A stretch of 53,289 nucleotides of DNA, counting the filler, from Squatina squatina (lineage: Eukaryota): NCBI GenBank assembly GCA_031763465.1. It is 3 parts of 2 records of this genome, joined end to end, with 100 filler letters (N's around TTAATTAATTAA, not from the genome) between each part and the next. Parts side by side here need not be neighbours in the genome. Positions count along the whole stretch, not along the records: positions 35,761 to 53,289 come from JARFOE010000016.1; 2 more parts are not named here. The stretch is one strand, 5' to 3'. The position numbers and the translations under genes were made by a program. Positions 37,106 to 49,360 of the stretch are shown here, one piece after another (positions within the stretch are counted from its first letter, which is position 1; each line of letters starts with the position of its first letter). The notes beneath the pieces are model-generated. The model had not been told where the DNA came from and did not search any database. It was given only the letters and a program-made list of their open reading frames with translations.

Positions 37106-37229
37106 CTGCTCAGCATATCAGACAGTATATCCAGGGCCTCCAGCTGGACAGACACATCCTCTTGCTTGGCAATAGCGCTCGTCAGGCGTCCCGTGATCTT
37201 CTTGCACACATTGGCGGACAGGGCTAAAC
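37106..37229 (-). CDS. CAND2: Cullin-associated NEDD8-dissociated protein, coding exon 4 (124 bp)
   Basis: ttgttctag| (G)[41 protein letters not shown] |gtaaac; ILSDMLSR is CAND2-type (CAND1 has IMADMLSR). Confidence 0.85.
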
Positions 37230-39034
37230 CTAGAACAATAGCAAATGGTTATACTCTGCAGGGCACAATGTTCCCCTAGAGAGTTTATTCAGATTACCAA
37301 GTTCAGTAAATTCTGCACTTCCCTGGCCAGCAGGCTACAAAGCAGGAAGAGGTATTCTTTCAACACATTACGATTGTTGTGCTCAAAATTCTCACTTCTC
37401 AGTCTTAACAAAAAAGTAACCAAGTAAAAATTGGTGAAATACCTTTCTCTGCTTATAATCCCATGACCATGGAACCTCTGAATCTTTAGTCAGTCTCATT
37501 CAGATGCTCAGAGGCCTCGCCCCGAGGCTCCTGCAATGTTAGTGTTGCTCAGTACCTCTTAGACCTGTGCCAGTGCCGCTCGGTAGCTCCAAAGATTTGA
37601 GGCCCCACCCAGTGTCATTCGGTAAGAACCTAAGTGACTGGTCGAGGTTAATTTTCCCGTCCTTTACTGGAAAGCAATGACCGAGTTCAGCTGCCGGTTC
37701 AGTCAAGGTCAGATGCACCCCCTAACGGGACATACTACAGGATGCACATTTTTTTTAAAAATAAAAGTTGCACAAAAAAGTTANNNNNNNNNNNNNNNNN
37801 NNNNNNNNNNNNNNNNNNNNNNNNNNNNNNNNNNNNNNNNNNNNNNNNNNNNNNNNNNNNNNNNNNNNNNNNNNNNNNNNNNNNNNNNNNNNNNNNNNNN
37901 NNNNNNNNNNNNNNNNNNNNNNNNNNNNNNNNNNNNNNNNNNNNNNNNNNNNNNNNNNNNNNNNNNNNNNNNNNNNNNNNNNNNNNNNNNNNNNNNNNNN
38001 NNNNNNNNNNNNNNNNNNNNNNNNNNNNNNNNNNNNNNNNNNNNNNNNNNNNNNNNNNNNNNNNNNNNNNNNNNNNNNNNNNNNNNNNNNNNNNNNNNNN
38101 NNNNNNNNNNNNNNNNNNNNNNNNNNNNNNNNNNNNNNNNNNNNNNNNCATGGTTACTCGTGGAGCGGCAGTGCTGGATGCCTCGGACTGAGCTGACCAC
38201 TTTCTCAGCCAATCTAAAAACAACAATGGCAATCAGGCTGACCCAAATGGCTCACCCAACTGAGGCACTGAGCCCCTGAACCATACAGACAAGGGAGGAC
38301 CCAGGTTTAATTCGGGGGTTGTGCCAAGTAAGCTGACCTCGACCGGGGTAGCAGTTGGGGCATGACAATTGGCCACACTGCCCCTCTCGAGTGCAAAGGT
38401 TAAAGAACAATTCAGTCAGGGTTGCCGCTCCTGACTGTAAACCAGTAACCAACTGTTCCCTTTAGTTTTTTGGGGTGCGCGGTATCTTTTCCAGCAGCAG
38501 TAGTTGGTGAGCGGCCGGAGAGGGGCCTCCCAATTGGTGCTCGGCTGCGCACCTTAGGGGAAATATTGCCAGTAACCCCCGGCTGAAAAACATGCGTGTG
38601 GATGTCAAGTGAAGTAGGATCGGGTCCACGCCACTCATGGCAAAATAAGTCTGCTGACAATGAAGCATCGAAGCTCACCCACTAAGAATGGGTGAGGTAC
38701 TGATGTTTTCAGTGGCTGTGAAACCACAACCCAGCCGCTACTAAGGAAGAAAACAGGCAGCCAAATAAAGACGACAACAAAACGATGAGAATCCCATTCT
38801 CAAGACACTCAAGGAACAATATGCAGCTGCTGCTTGTTTATATCAGACATATTCATGTCCCAAACTAGTCTCACCACAGAAACCATTGACACTAATAGTG
38901 CATTTTGTGGCAGAAAGGCTTGCACATTTGGTAGCTGGGAGCAGGTTGAGACTACACTATTGTATCAGAATGGGTGGTAGGGGTGTAAGGTGAGAGGGCG
39001 TCCAGAGGTTACCAAGAATGAAAGACCATCTTAC

Positions 39035-39189
39035 CGCTAGAAGCAGGAGGTAGTTCTGCAATGACAGTCTTCAGGCCGATGCTGGATATGTCCCGCAGCT
39101 GCTCTTTGTCAGACAACATGTTGGTACACAATGTGTCCACGATCGTCTCCACCTGGTACTCTTTAACCTTGCTGACCAGTGGGCCCAAG
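39035..39189 (-). CDS. CAND2: CAND coding exon 3 (155 bp)
   Basis: ctcag| (C)[51 protein letters not shown] |gtaag; phases match both neighbouring exons. Confidence 0.85.
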
Positions 39190-39774
39190 CTGAGGGAGTG
39201 AACAAATGAAATACCGTGACCCTAGCATCTTGACACCATCACTCTTCCCCTTTCTCTGCCTCTCCTCTAACAAGCCACATGAACACTACTGCACCAAAAC
39301 TAAACAACCCATCAGCATTGCATTCAAGGCAGATTGGCACATGAGCAAATACCACAAGACCCCATCAGGGTCAACTGCCAGGCAGAAGTCAAGGATATCT
39401 TCTGTGGCAGGAATAAATCAGCACGCAAACAGATGCTCGCTCTCACACATCACATAACCAGATGGAGAGTCACATTGTCACTGGTGACTACTGTGATATG
39501 ATGGATTCACTCTGCTACATTTCGCATAAAAATGCAGAAAACACACACACTGTTACAATAACCTTGTGTGATTCCCTGCTTTCCAGTCAAGCATTGAATG
39601 CCAACTCCTGTCAACATCCAGGTAGGCCAGAGGCTCAGGGACACATGGGACAAAGTACGTCCAGAGTCACCAGTGGAGGAGAGACTGTCAGCAAAAGGGC
39701 ACCGAACCATAAAATCAGCACCACCAGCCTAAAGCTGTGCACCGTCATGTTTGGGATCAGCGACTCTCACTTAC

Positions 39775-39911
39775 CACTTCACGGCCAGGTTCTGCACCTC
39801 TCCATTTTTATCCTCCAGCAGCCTGAGCAGCATCTTCACCACCTTCTTCTCACTGTCATCATCCAACTTGATGGAGTCTTTCTGCAACTCTACCATCAGG
39901 TCATTGGTGGC
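39775..39911 (-). CDS. CAND2: CAND coding exon 2 (5' end lost in the gap)
   Basis: [45 protein letters not shown](C) |gtaag; MLLRLL is CAND2-type. Confidence 0.85.
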
Positions 39912-40330
39912 NNNNNNNNNNNNNNNNNNNNNNNNNNNNNNNNNNNNNNNNNNNNNNNNNNNNNNNNNNNNNNNNNNNNNNNNNNNNNNNNNNNNNNNNN
40001 NNNNNNNNNNNATAGCATATATCGTTAGTTAATGACCAGTCTTTTAAAGGTTTTGATATGTTATTGCAAATGCAGCCAAGGAAATGGTAATGTACTCTCC
40101 TGCTTACTCCAGTCTCCAGAACTAGGGCTTAAACATAGCTGCTTCGTATTTATGATCTGTCTCTATCCAGATAACTATAAATATCACTACAAGGCATTAA
40201 TGGTTCACTGGGCAAGTCCTAATGGATGTGTTTGTTTCGACTACAGCGACTGGAATAATTTGAATAATTGCAGCATGCAGTGCAAGTTTACTGAAAGCTT
40301 TCTCCCCCACCCCCTCCCGTTTACATGCAG

Positions 40331-40446
40331 CATGATGCGCAGATGGATTATTATGGAACCCGTCTCGCAACCTGCTCCTCCGACCGATCCGTGAAGATAT
40401 TTGATGTTAAGAATGGAGGCCAGATCCTTGTTGCTGACCTGAGAGG
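40331..40446 (+). CDS. SEC13: SEC13 (COPII/nucleoporin WD40 protein) exon, 116 bp
   Basis: tgcag| [38 protein letters not shown](G) |gtaagt. Confidence 0.97.
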
Positions 40447-40903
40447 GTAAGTGGAAAGTCTTGGTTGGTAAGAGGTGTTCTTCATTTAGGAGTATTAATT
40501 AACATGTGTTCAACTTTATTGAGAGCATTTAATAGTATATCTGCTTTCTGAAAGACCAAAATTCCATTAATTCCCCTTTATCCAGGCCACATTTGTCCAT
40601 TGCTNNNNNNNNNNNNNNNNNNNNNNNNNNNNNNNNNNNNNNNNNNNNNNNNNNNNNNNNNNNNNNNNNNNNNNNNNNNNNNNNNNNNNNNNNNNNNNNN
40701 NNNNNNNNNNNNNNNNNNNNNNNNNNNNNNNNNNNNNNNNNNNNNNNNNNNNNNNNNNNNNNNNNNNNNNNNNNNNNNNNNNNNNNNNNNNNNNNNNNNN
40801 NNNNNNNNNNNNNNNNNNNNNNNNNNNNNNNNNNNNNNNNNNNNNNNNNNNNNNNNNNNNNNNNNNNNNNNNNNNNNNNNNNNNNNNNNNNNNNNNNNNN
40901 NNN

Positions 40904-41525
40904 AGTCATACCACAGTGCAACAAGAGTGAGCTCTCAGTAGAGTGATCCCCCAGTGCAATAAGTGTGAGTTGTCAGCAGAGCGATATCCCAGTGCAACAA
41001 GAGTGAGCTCTCAGCAGAGTCCTCCCCCAGTGCAATAAGTGCGAGCTGTCAGCAGTCATACCACAGTGCAATAAGTGTGAGCTGTCAGCAGAGCTGTCCC
41101 CCAGTGCAATAAGTGTGAACTGTCAGCAGAGTCATACCACAGTGCAATAAGTGCGAGCTGTCAGCAGAGTCATCCCAAGTGCAACAGTGAGCAATCAGCA
41201 CAGCCATCCCCAGTGCAACAGTGAGCAATCAGCAGAGCCATCCCCAGTGCAACAACAGTGAGCAATCAGCTGAGCCATCCCCAGCGCAACAGTGAGCAAT
41301 CAGCAGAGCCATTCCCAGTGCAACAGTGAGCAATCAGCAGAGCCATCCCCAGTGCAACAGTGAGCCATCAGCACAGCCACCCCCCAGTGCAACAACAGTG
41401 AGCAATCAGCACAGCCATCCCCAGTGCAACAACTGTGAGCAATCAGCAAAGCCATCCCCAGTGCAACAGTGAGCAATGAGCACAGCCATCCTCAGTGCAG
41501 TAAGAGTGAGCTGTCAACGGAGTGC
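40904..41525. repeat. 33-40-bp minisatellite in the SEC13 intron
   Basis: About 17 units of CCCCAGTGCAA(CA/TAA)GTGAGC(AA/TG)TCAGCAGAGCCAT, in two sub-variants. Confidence 0.95.
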
Positions 41526-42035
41526 CATGCCTGGTGGAGTCAGTATTCCACTTTTATGATGAACATGAGTGGTTGCAACTGCTCTTGCACTATTTGAAGG
41601 GGCTGCTCCTCGATTTTTGGCTGCGCTTCATTCCCACGCTCCTGATATTTGGTCACCCAGTGCAGGGAGTGGCGGGGAGCGGGCAAGTCGGGGGACCTCC
41701 TCGTAGGACTGCTCCTGGGTCTGACCAAGCTGGCCATCAATAGGTCCAGGCAGCGGGTGGTTGAGGGGGTCGTTCGGCCGAACTGCCTGTCTGTCCCCAT
41801 GGCTAGTTCGCACCAGCGTGACCCTGGAGATAGAGCATGTGGTGTTCACTGTCACGTTCGGCGCCTTCAGTGACTGGTGGACACCGGAGGGACTGGAGTG
41901 CATCATCACAACCAGGATCAAAATTTTAATTTGATTTGTTAAGGTTCCTTAAATCTTTTTGCTTATTTACAGTCTTTATTGGTTGTAACCCTTTATAAAG
42001 TGTGCACATGCTTGACATTTAATCGGCAACTGCCG
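41526..42035 (+). mobile_element. Tx1-clade (L1) LINE 3' end
   Basis: CLVESVFH..LQ..LLLDFWLRFIPTLLIFGHPV..GKSGDLLVGLLLGLTKLAINRSRQR (ORF2 C-terminus after the zinc knuckle), then a T-rich 3' UTR. Confidence 0.75.
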
Positions 42036-42572
42036 GCATGAAGAAGAGCCAGCAGAGAGCAAACCCCCAGTGCAATAAGAGTGAGCAATCAGCATTGCTT
42101 GGTGTCTGGTTTGCTTGCGAGGATAGAGTATTCTTGCAATCCCCCTTTCCTATTCCCTCCACTGGAGGGTATAATTCTCTTTTTCAAAACATAAACTGTT
42201 ACAGCTTTGCTGAGACTTTTGGACAGTGACAAACAGTCCCTCTGCAAAAGGAGTCAAATTGAGCCAGACTAGCTTGCAAGCCTCCAGCAATATCTGCTTT
42301 GGCTCGATTCTGCTTAAATGTCAGGTGGAGCAGTGTACCGTAAACCAGCATGCCATCTGATTCAGTTTTCGTTTGGCTTTCCAATGTGAGCGGCTTTCTG
42401 ATGGACCCAACAAACATGCAAGTGGATTGGCTGTCTTCCAACTGAGAGACCCCAAATGACAGCTCTTCAGCCCACGCACAGTGACTGACGCATTGCGCAA
42501 TCTCTCCTCCTTAGTTATGAGAATAAACATCAATTACGTACTTAAATCAACAAATCCTTGTTCTTTGTTCAG

Positions 42573-42724
42573 CCATGAAGGCCCCGTGTGGCAGGTGGGT
42601 TGGGCTCACCCAATGTACGGCAACATCTTGGCGTCTTGTTCCTATGACCGGAAGATCATCATCTGGAAGGAGGAGAATGGAACTTGGGACAAGATGTACG
42701 AATACACAGGCCACGATTCTTCCG
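42573..42724 (+). CDS. SEC13: SEC13 next exon, 152 bp
   Basis: tttgttcag| HEGPVWQVGWAHPMYGNILASCSYDRKIIIWKEENGTWDKMYEYTGHDSS |gtaaag; GG+C completes Gly across the intron. Confidence 0.97.
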
Positions 42725-45700
42725 GTAAAGATTCTGCTCTGCTACGTTCAGGTTACGGATTGCTGTACTCTCTGAGCAATTGTTTTTTGGTTTTTTTCTG
42801 GATTAGCAATGCGTACCTGGTAAAGAGGAACTTCCCTTTAGATTCAAATATCCATTCAGAGAGATGGATTTTTTTGGCTGTCTAAGCAGTCAAACATAAA
42901 CTATCCAGTCAGTTTACCAGGTTTTCTGCACACTACTGCTTAGTTGTTGCTGAATGTAGATTAAAAATAGTATAGGGAANNNNNNNNNNNNNNNNNNNNN
43001 NNNNNNNNNNNNNNNNNNNNNNNNNNNNNNNNNNNNNNNNNNNNNNNNNNNNNNNNNNNNNNNNNNNNNNNNNNNNNNNTTGTATATTTGGCAAAATAAA
43101 ATGGATTCAAAGAAAACTGGGAACTAAAGAATAAGGTGTTGTGTGTCCTGGAGCCTTGTACTATTCTGGGAGGGGAAAGTACATTGCTGCAAGTCCTGTT
43201 GTCATCAACATATAAGAAAGCCCCTTCCTAATTGCTGTGTTCAGAGTGTCTTGTAGGGGGAGTAAGGAGGCTTTTGAAAGGAGGTACTGTTTGGTGTCTG
43301 ATGTGCTTAAACGGATAAAGTACAGCCACAGCCCAAGGCTGTACACTTGGTAGTGGGCACAAGCCATTAGCTTGTCTGTCACCATATGATAGCTTACCTC
43401 TCCAGCAGCAAACAGTAATAGGCTCTAAAAAGGAATGTGCGTGGACAGCGCGATGGCCAGTTCATTACAACACACTACAGAGCTCACGGAGTGAGCTTGT
43501 GCTTGTTTTTCCCAAGAAGTTTCCCTAAACCGAGATCAGGAAGATTGGGAGGGGCTTTGTCCCTGAACTGCTCCTGCCCACCTCCTACCAACCAACTTCA
43601 GAGTAACGTTGGCAGAGGCCTAGGAGCAGGTCACCAACTGACCAGCTCACCCTGACAAAAGGAGGGTGAGAAAAACTGCCCTGCAATAAAATTGCGCTGT
43701 GGATTCAAGTCATCACCAGTTCAAAAGACAAGACTTGTTTCTCCACACTAAGTGTTGCCCAACGGCCAAACCTCTTACCCACACTGGGATCCTTTTGCTA
43801 CATGTCCCGAGACAGCCGGGGCGACTTAAAATGCCTCCGAATCGCTCCCAAAATAAAAAGGCCCAGATTTAACGGCACTAGTGACTGCTGGAGTTTCCTG
43901 CTTCCGAGCATCTCTTGCAGGCAAGCCCACATAGGGAATTGACCCATACTAGTACTGGCTGGGTTAGTGTTGTGTGCACCCCAGCTGTGCCTTGAAAACT
44001 TCCATTTCAAAGCCCATTCACCCCCTACAGACTGGTCTGAACACAGTGTTTTAAGTCTCTGTGTGAACGAGCCTTTGGCGCTGAAATCCATTTTCATCAA
44101 TATTTTTGGTACGGATAATTCCAGCCGTACACTGCAGGAGTTGTATAGTGTGGGCTCATTTTAAAAACCTCATTACGAAGCATAGAAATTAAGTCATCTG
44201 GTTTAAATACTACTTCTTATCACTTGTTTCCTGTAGCTCTCTGACTCATTGGTATACATGGAACTGTTTAATAAATTGATACAATATAATTGCTTTATGG
44301 TGGGTTTTTCTTAACATCCTTTTCTTCAGAATGAGGATCTGCCCTTTAAAGGACTCGGCAATGCCTGAGTCAAGGAACACTCTCTCTGGTCTGGAACCTT
44401 GGACAGCTACTGTCAACAGACAAGTAGCTGTTCGCCTGTTTGAATCTAGGTGACAGGCCAAAGTCTAAGTGCAAGATGGCACCAACTGTTGGAAAAGGGT
44501 GGGAGCAAAAGTGCGGATCAAGAAGTGAGTGGTTAGGTGGCATGCAGCTCGGGTTTTTGAAATCCTGTGGGAGGAAGGAGCTAGGGAGTTCTACAGTTAC
44601 TGGGTCGTGGGGGAGACCATGCGATGATTCTTGATTTCAACACCGCAAGGATGTAGGAGGGAGGAAGAGTGTATTCGAAGAACAAGCTTAGGAGGAGCGA
44701 AAGAGGAAAGTTCGGAGGAGCACTGATCACTGACAAAACAGGGAAAGATGAGAAAGTCCCAGTGGTGAGAGGGAGAGGTTGGAGGCTTGTAAACAAATCT
44801 CTCAAATTATTTTGTTTATATGGGACACCTGGTGATCAGCCCATATTAGAATTTGTGCTTCTGAGCCAGCTGTGCACTGTTTATATTCTCAGCTCTCAGT
44901 GGAGAACCTCTCCATGCTGCCTCTCTGCCCACAGATAAGCAGTGGCGACCTTTGCACATATACACGTGCTGTCTGTGTGAGCAGGTCCCCACAATATGGA
45001 TGGTGTGACTGTTCGTTGAAGGAAGCTTGGAGACTCCAGTTTATACTGTGGTGCCTCTGGGTCCGCAACATGAAACCTGTACCAGAGGCTTTATTTTTTG
45101 ACATCTGGAACTCGTGTTACACATGGTAATTTTAAAGGAAGATTTGTGTGGCTGTCGGGGTCATTGCCACCATCGATTTGTTTAGGCCTAGGCAAGAAGT
45201 GAGACACCAGACACGGTGATTCTACAAACTGTTCCCTCGCTGTTGCTCTTTTGTTGTTGCTACTATCGTCAATGCACTTCTGAACTTTCCTCTCATTACT
45301 CCAAATACCTCATCTTACATAATCCTCATCCTCGATCCTTCTCTCTGCTTTCTCACTGCATTGAAATCAAGACTTGTGTCTCCCACTATAACTCATTCCT
45401 TACCAGGACCTCCTTGCCCTCGATGAAGTGTATATACTTAAGATATTGGGCCTGAAATTGCGATCTCCCCAGGTGGGAACGATGTTCCCACGCACCTGGG
45501 GAGACATCGCAAATGCCGGTTATGGGGCTGTACATCATAAGCTCGCATAACCGGCATTTGTGATCTGTCCAGAAACCCTCTGGACAGGTCCAACGCCGAG
45601 GCTGCGAAACCCATCCCCAGCACAGAGCTATGCGATATTTTTGCAAAGCTTTTTGCTGGGGATCTCTTCAAATTTCTTACGCTTGGTAAAACCTAGCGTA

Positions 45701-45897
45701 TCTGCTTGGTTTTACCATCATAAGAAATGTTTAAAAATTTTAATTCAAAAAAATTAATGGGACATTACTTTAAAACCATTCCCAGTAAGGTAAGTATNNN
45801 NNNNNNNNNNNNNNNNNNNNNNNNNNNNNNNNNNNNNNNNNNNNNNNNNNNNNNNNNNNNNNNNNNNNNNNNNNNNNNNNNNNNNNNNNNNNNNNNN

Positions 45898-46585
45898 ATC
45901 CCAATCACTCTGCCTTCAAGACTATACTCCTTCACATGCTTACTCGCAACAACTTAACTTGCACTTCGACCCATCCCTCTCTATCTATATTATCACTTCC
46001 CCATCTCACAAATCACCCCTCACCCTTACGCTCATCCTCATGCAATCATATAAACTAACAAGGGTAGCTTCATGGATGTTTTATCCTCTGTTCATACAAA
46101 GTTTCTGTTAATGTGTTGTCAAAACATTGAAACATTTATTTACAACATTTTGCATTCTTGGATAGATTTGTGTGCACCTTTGGAAGTGGCTTTGTGAGTT
46201 GTAGTGAACGGTGAGACATAACACAATGATCCTGAGTGTGAAAGGAATGGCTTGGGCATTATAGGGATGTTTTATGGTGTGGATGTGGGGTGGTGCCAGC
46301 CTGGCACAACATAGGATGTATAGCGTCAAATGAAGTAAATTTGGCCATGGTGATGCTATCCCGAGCCTCCCGGGCAGCAATGTGGTCGGGTGCTGATGCC
46401 CTGCGTCTTGTGTAGCATCAGTTGATTGAAGAGAAGATTGATGATGTTGGTGCTGCTGTAGTTAGGGCTGATGATGGTGAGATTCTGAGCACCAAGGTGA
46501 GAGAGTATAAATGGCACCCATGCTGATGGAATAGATGGCAGGTGAAGTAGAGATGACAGAAGCAACCTGTCAATGGTGAGAGAGG
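45898..46585 (-). mobile_element. Harbinger-like non-autonomous repeat
   Basis: 46340-46585 is homologous to 5641-5895; the minus strand reads AAREARD..MAKF, like a Harbinger transposase C-terminus (inference). The left boundary is uncertain. Confidence 0.45.
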
Positions 46586-47037
46586 TAATGAGGTCACACT
46601 GGATGGAGACTTGTGTAAAACTTGCAGCATGGAAATGCAGTGAGGAAGAGCTTGTGGCCGAGGGAAGATATCTCTGTAAGGTGGGAGCTTTTACTTTACA
46701 TTTGAAACTGTCAACTCAACAGCTGATTCAAGGGCCACTGAACTCCTGCCTCAGTTTAACAGATGCGATCCCTGAGCAATGAGGACTCTGTGAGCGAGCA
46801 TGCAAATTCAAAATGTGAGCTCAAATGTGTTCTTCATGATCTCTAAACAAGGTCATAATGAATTGAATTGGGTCGCCCGCCGCTGTGTGTGGGGTCTGCT
46901 CAGCACTGACAGACCCGACATTGGGAAAAACCACATGGTGGCAGGTTCACAGCGGGGTCCTGTTCCACTGGGGGAAAAAAAACACTTTCCCACCTGACCT
47001 GCCACTGATTGCACCTGCTGACCTCTCAGAAAATCCA

Positions 47038-47724
47038 GCCACTGCATCTGTCTTCACAAAGGAAGCTGTCGGGGTGAATGTTAGACTAAAAGAGAAGAGG
47101 GAAGTTATGGACAGGATGTTAATAGATAGATAAGACATACTAAAAAAGATTAGCATTACTGAATGTTAATAAGCCACCTGGTCTGGATGGAATGCATCGT
47201 AGGCTGCTGAAAGAAGCAAAGGTGGAAATAGTAGAAGCATTGATTGGTCACAATTTTTCAATTCTCATTGGATACAGGAGTAGTGCTAGAGGACATGAGG
47301 GTTGCTAATGCTATACCACTATTTAAGAAATGGAAGAGGGATAAACCAAGACATTACAGGCCCGTCAGCCAAGCACCAGTGGTGCGGAAGTTATTGGAAA
47401 CTATTATCAGGGACAAAATAATTACATTTGGAAATTTATGGGTTAATGAAGGAGAGCCAGCATGAATTTGCTAAAGGTAAATCCTTTCTGACTAACTTGA
47501 TTGAATTCTTTGATGGGGTAACAGAGAAAGTTGGTCAAGGTAGTGCAGTAGATGTTGTATATGTAGACTTTCAGAAGGCATTTGACAAAGTGTCACATTA
47601 AGAAGATGGAAACCCATGGAAGTAAGCAAAAGTGATGGTATAGATGCAGAATCAGTTCAGTGACAGGAAGCAGAGGGTCGTGGTGGATGTATATTTTCAG
47701 ACTGGGGGGTGGATTGCAGTGGTA
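47038..47724 (+). mobile_element. CR1 reverse transcriptase fragment
   Basis: GLDGMH, ANAIPLFKK..YRPVS..KLLETIIRD, LTNLIEFFD, VDVVYVDFQKAFDKVSH. Confidence 0.95.
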
Positions 47725-47873
47725 AGGAACATAGAAACAGGAGCAGGCCATTTAGCCCCTCGAGTCTGTTCCACCATTCAGTGAGATCATGGCTGATCTG
47801 CGACCTAACTCCATACCTTACGTCCTTTGCCTCACATCCCTTAATACCTTTGGTTAACATAGAAACATAGAAA
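47725..47873 (-). mobile_element. Antisense CR1 3' tails nested in a CR1
   Basis: GAACATAGAAACAGGAGCAGGCCATTTAGCCCCTCGAG; a second (ACATAGAA)n tail begins near 47856. Confidence 0.8.
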
Positions 47874-48284
47874 NNNNNNNNNNNNNNNNNNNNNNNNNNN
47901 NNNNNNNNNNNNNNNNNNNNNNNNNNNNNNNNNNNNNNNNNNNNNNNNNNNNNNNNNNNNNNNNNNNNNNNNNCCCAGTTCTCCACTCAGGAAAGCCCTT
48001 TTCCAGTTGAAGTGGCGGATCTGTCAAGAGAAATCTTGACAGATTGGAAGTTCTGGATTTAGGGGCATGCGCCAATGCAGCCCTAAACCCGGAACTTGCG
48101 GGGCTTCTCCGGGCGTGTGCACACTTCGTACGTAGTCCCGAGAGTACGGAATTTTTGCTCCAACCTTTTAGCTAGCTCCTCTTGTTACTGTTAACCTTTA
48201 ACATGACTTCCAAGTCGCGTCGCACTGTGTAGGAAGTTTTATTGAATGAAATAACTCGTATTTGTTTATGTCAAATCACTTTTG

Positions 48285-48566
48285 AAATGGAGCCATGTCG
48301 GCAAACAGTTGCAAAGCCCCATAAAAAGCAAACTGGATGAATGACCACAGAATCTGTTCTAGTGGTCATGATTGAGGAAGGAATGTTAGCTAGGACACCC
48401 TCTCTTCTTTGATCTTTTACATCCACTTGAGCAGGTAGGTAGGGCCTTGGTTCAACTTCTCTTCAGAAGGCAAGCACCCCCAACAATGTAGCATTTCAGT
48501 ACTGTACTAAAGTCCTGGGGTGGGACCTCAAGAGGTGATAAGTCTATCAGCTGAGCTAAGCTGACA
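48285..48566 (-). mobile_element. Diverged DeuSINE
   Basis: Similar to 18650-18980 (GATCTTTTACATCCAC..GGGCCTTGGTTCAAC). Confidence 0.65.
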
Positions 48567-49094
48567 AGAGAAAATACTCCCAACTCCCAAAGCCAGCACT
48601 GGATCTGAAGGGAGAAAAGGTAGGGAAAAGGGAGAAGAATATACTCTGAACCCTGCAGTCCAGGCGTCTGGCTTTTAGCCATGTTTATATTAATGGTGTG
48701 AGGCAGTTTCTCAAAGAGAGGGCTCACATCTAGGATTTGTCGAACGGCGACAGCCCTGATTACTATGCATAATTGTTACCCAAAATCAAATGGAAATCTT
48801 TGTTTTTCTACACTGAGTGTCTGTTTTATAAATTGACGGCATAAGGCGATGGCTTAAAGCACATCAGCAACGCTCTGACAGTGAAATGAAAACACAATCA
48901 GCAGATTTATTGAAAATGGCAGCTCACCAAAGCCTTGCTACAGCCCGTCGTACTGATTAACATCCTGCAGTGCAAGGCAGCTCTTAATCTTCTCCAGCAA
49001 AGGGAATGTCAGAGCACAGTTCCGGTGCTCAGTCATTGAATGTGACATGGGTGACATGTTCTCTTATCTCTGAGAATGTAGTGTGGCTGCTGCT

Positions 49095-49360
49095 TCAAAG
49101 TACTTCACGTCCAGAGTCACAAACCTCAACTTGGAGCTGAAACTCTGCTACCCCTATCATAACTTGCACTAAGTCCTGTTTGCCCATCACCCCTGTGCTT
49201 GCTGTTGTGTATTCTCTCCTGGTCTGGCAACACCTTAAATTTAAAATTCTTACCCTTGTTTTCAATTCCCACCATGACCTCACCACCTCGCTACCCCTGT
49301 AACCTCCTCCAGTTCTACATTCCTCCAATTTTGGCCTCTTGTGCCTCGCCCCGGCTCCAT
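49095..49360 (+). mobile_element. L2 LINE ORF2 3' fragment
   Basis: QNSA-like..SPITPVLA..LKFKILTLVF..L (HITPVL..FKIL motif). Confidence 0.7.

Noticed and set aside
37677-38279. Long ORFs in the track here and at 31003-31617 and 40529-40946
   Set aside because: Their length comes from N runs read as X.
39462-40028. 188-aa plus-strand ORF
   Set aside because: It is the antisense shadow of CAND exon 2 plus the gap.
42481-42885. 134-aa ORF as a complete gene
   Set aside because: Only 42573-42724 is a SEC13 exon; the flanks are intronic read-through.
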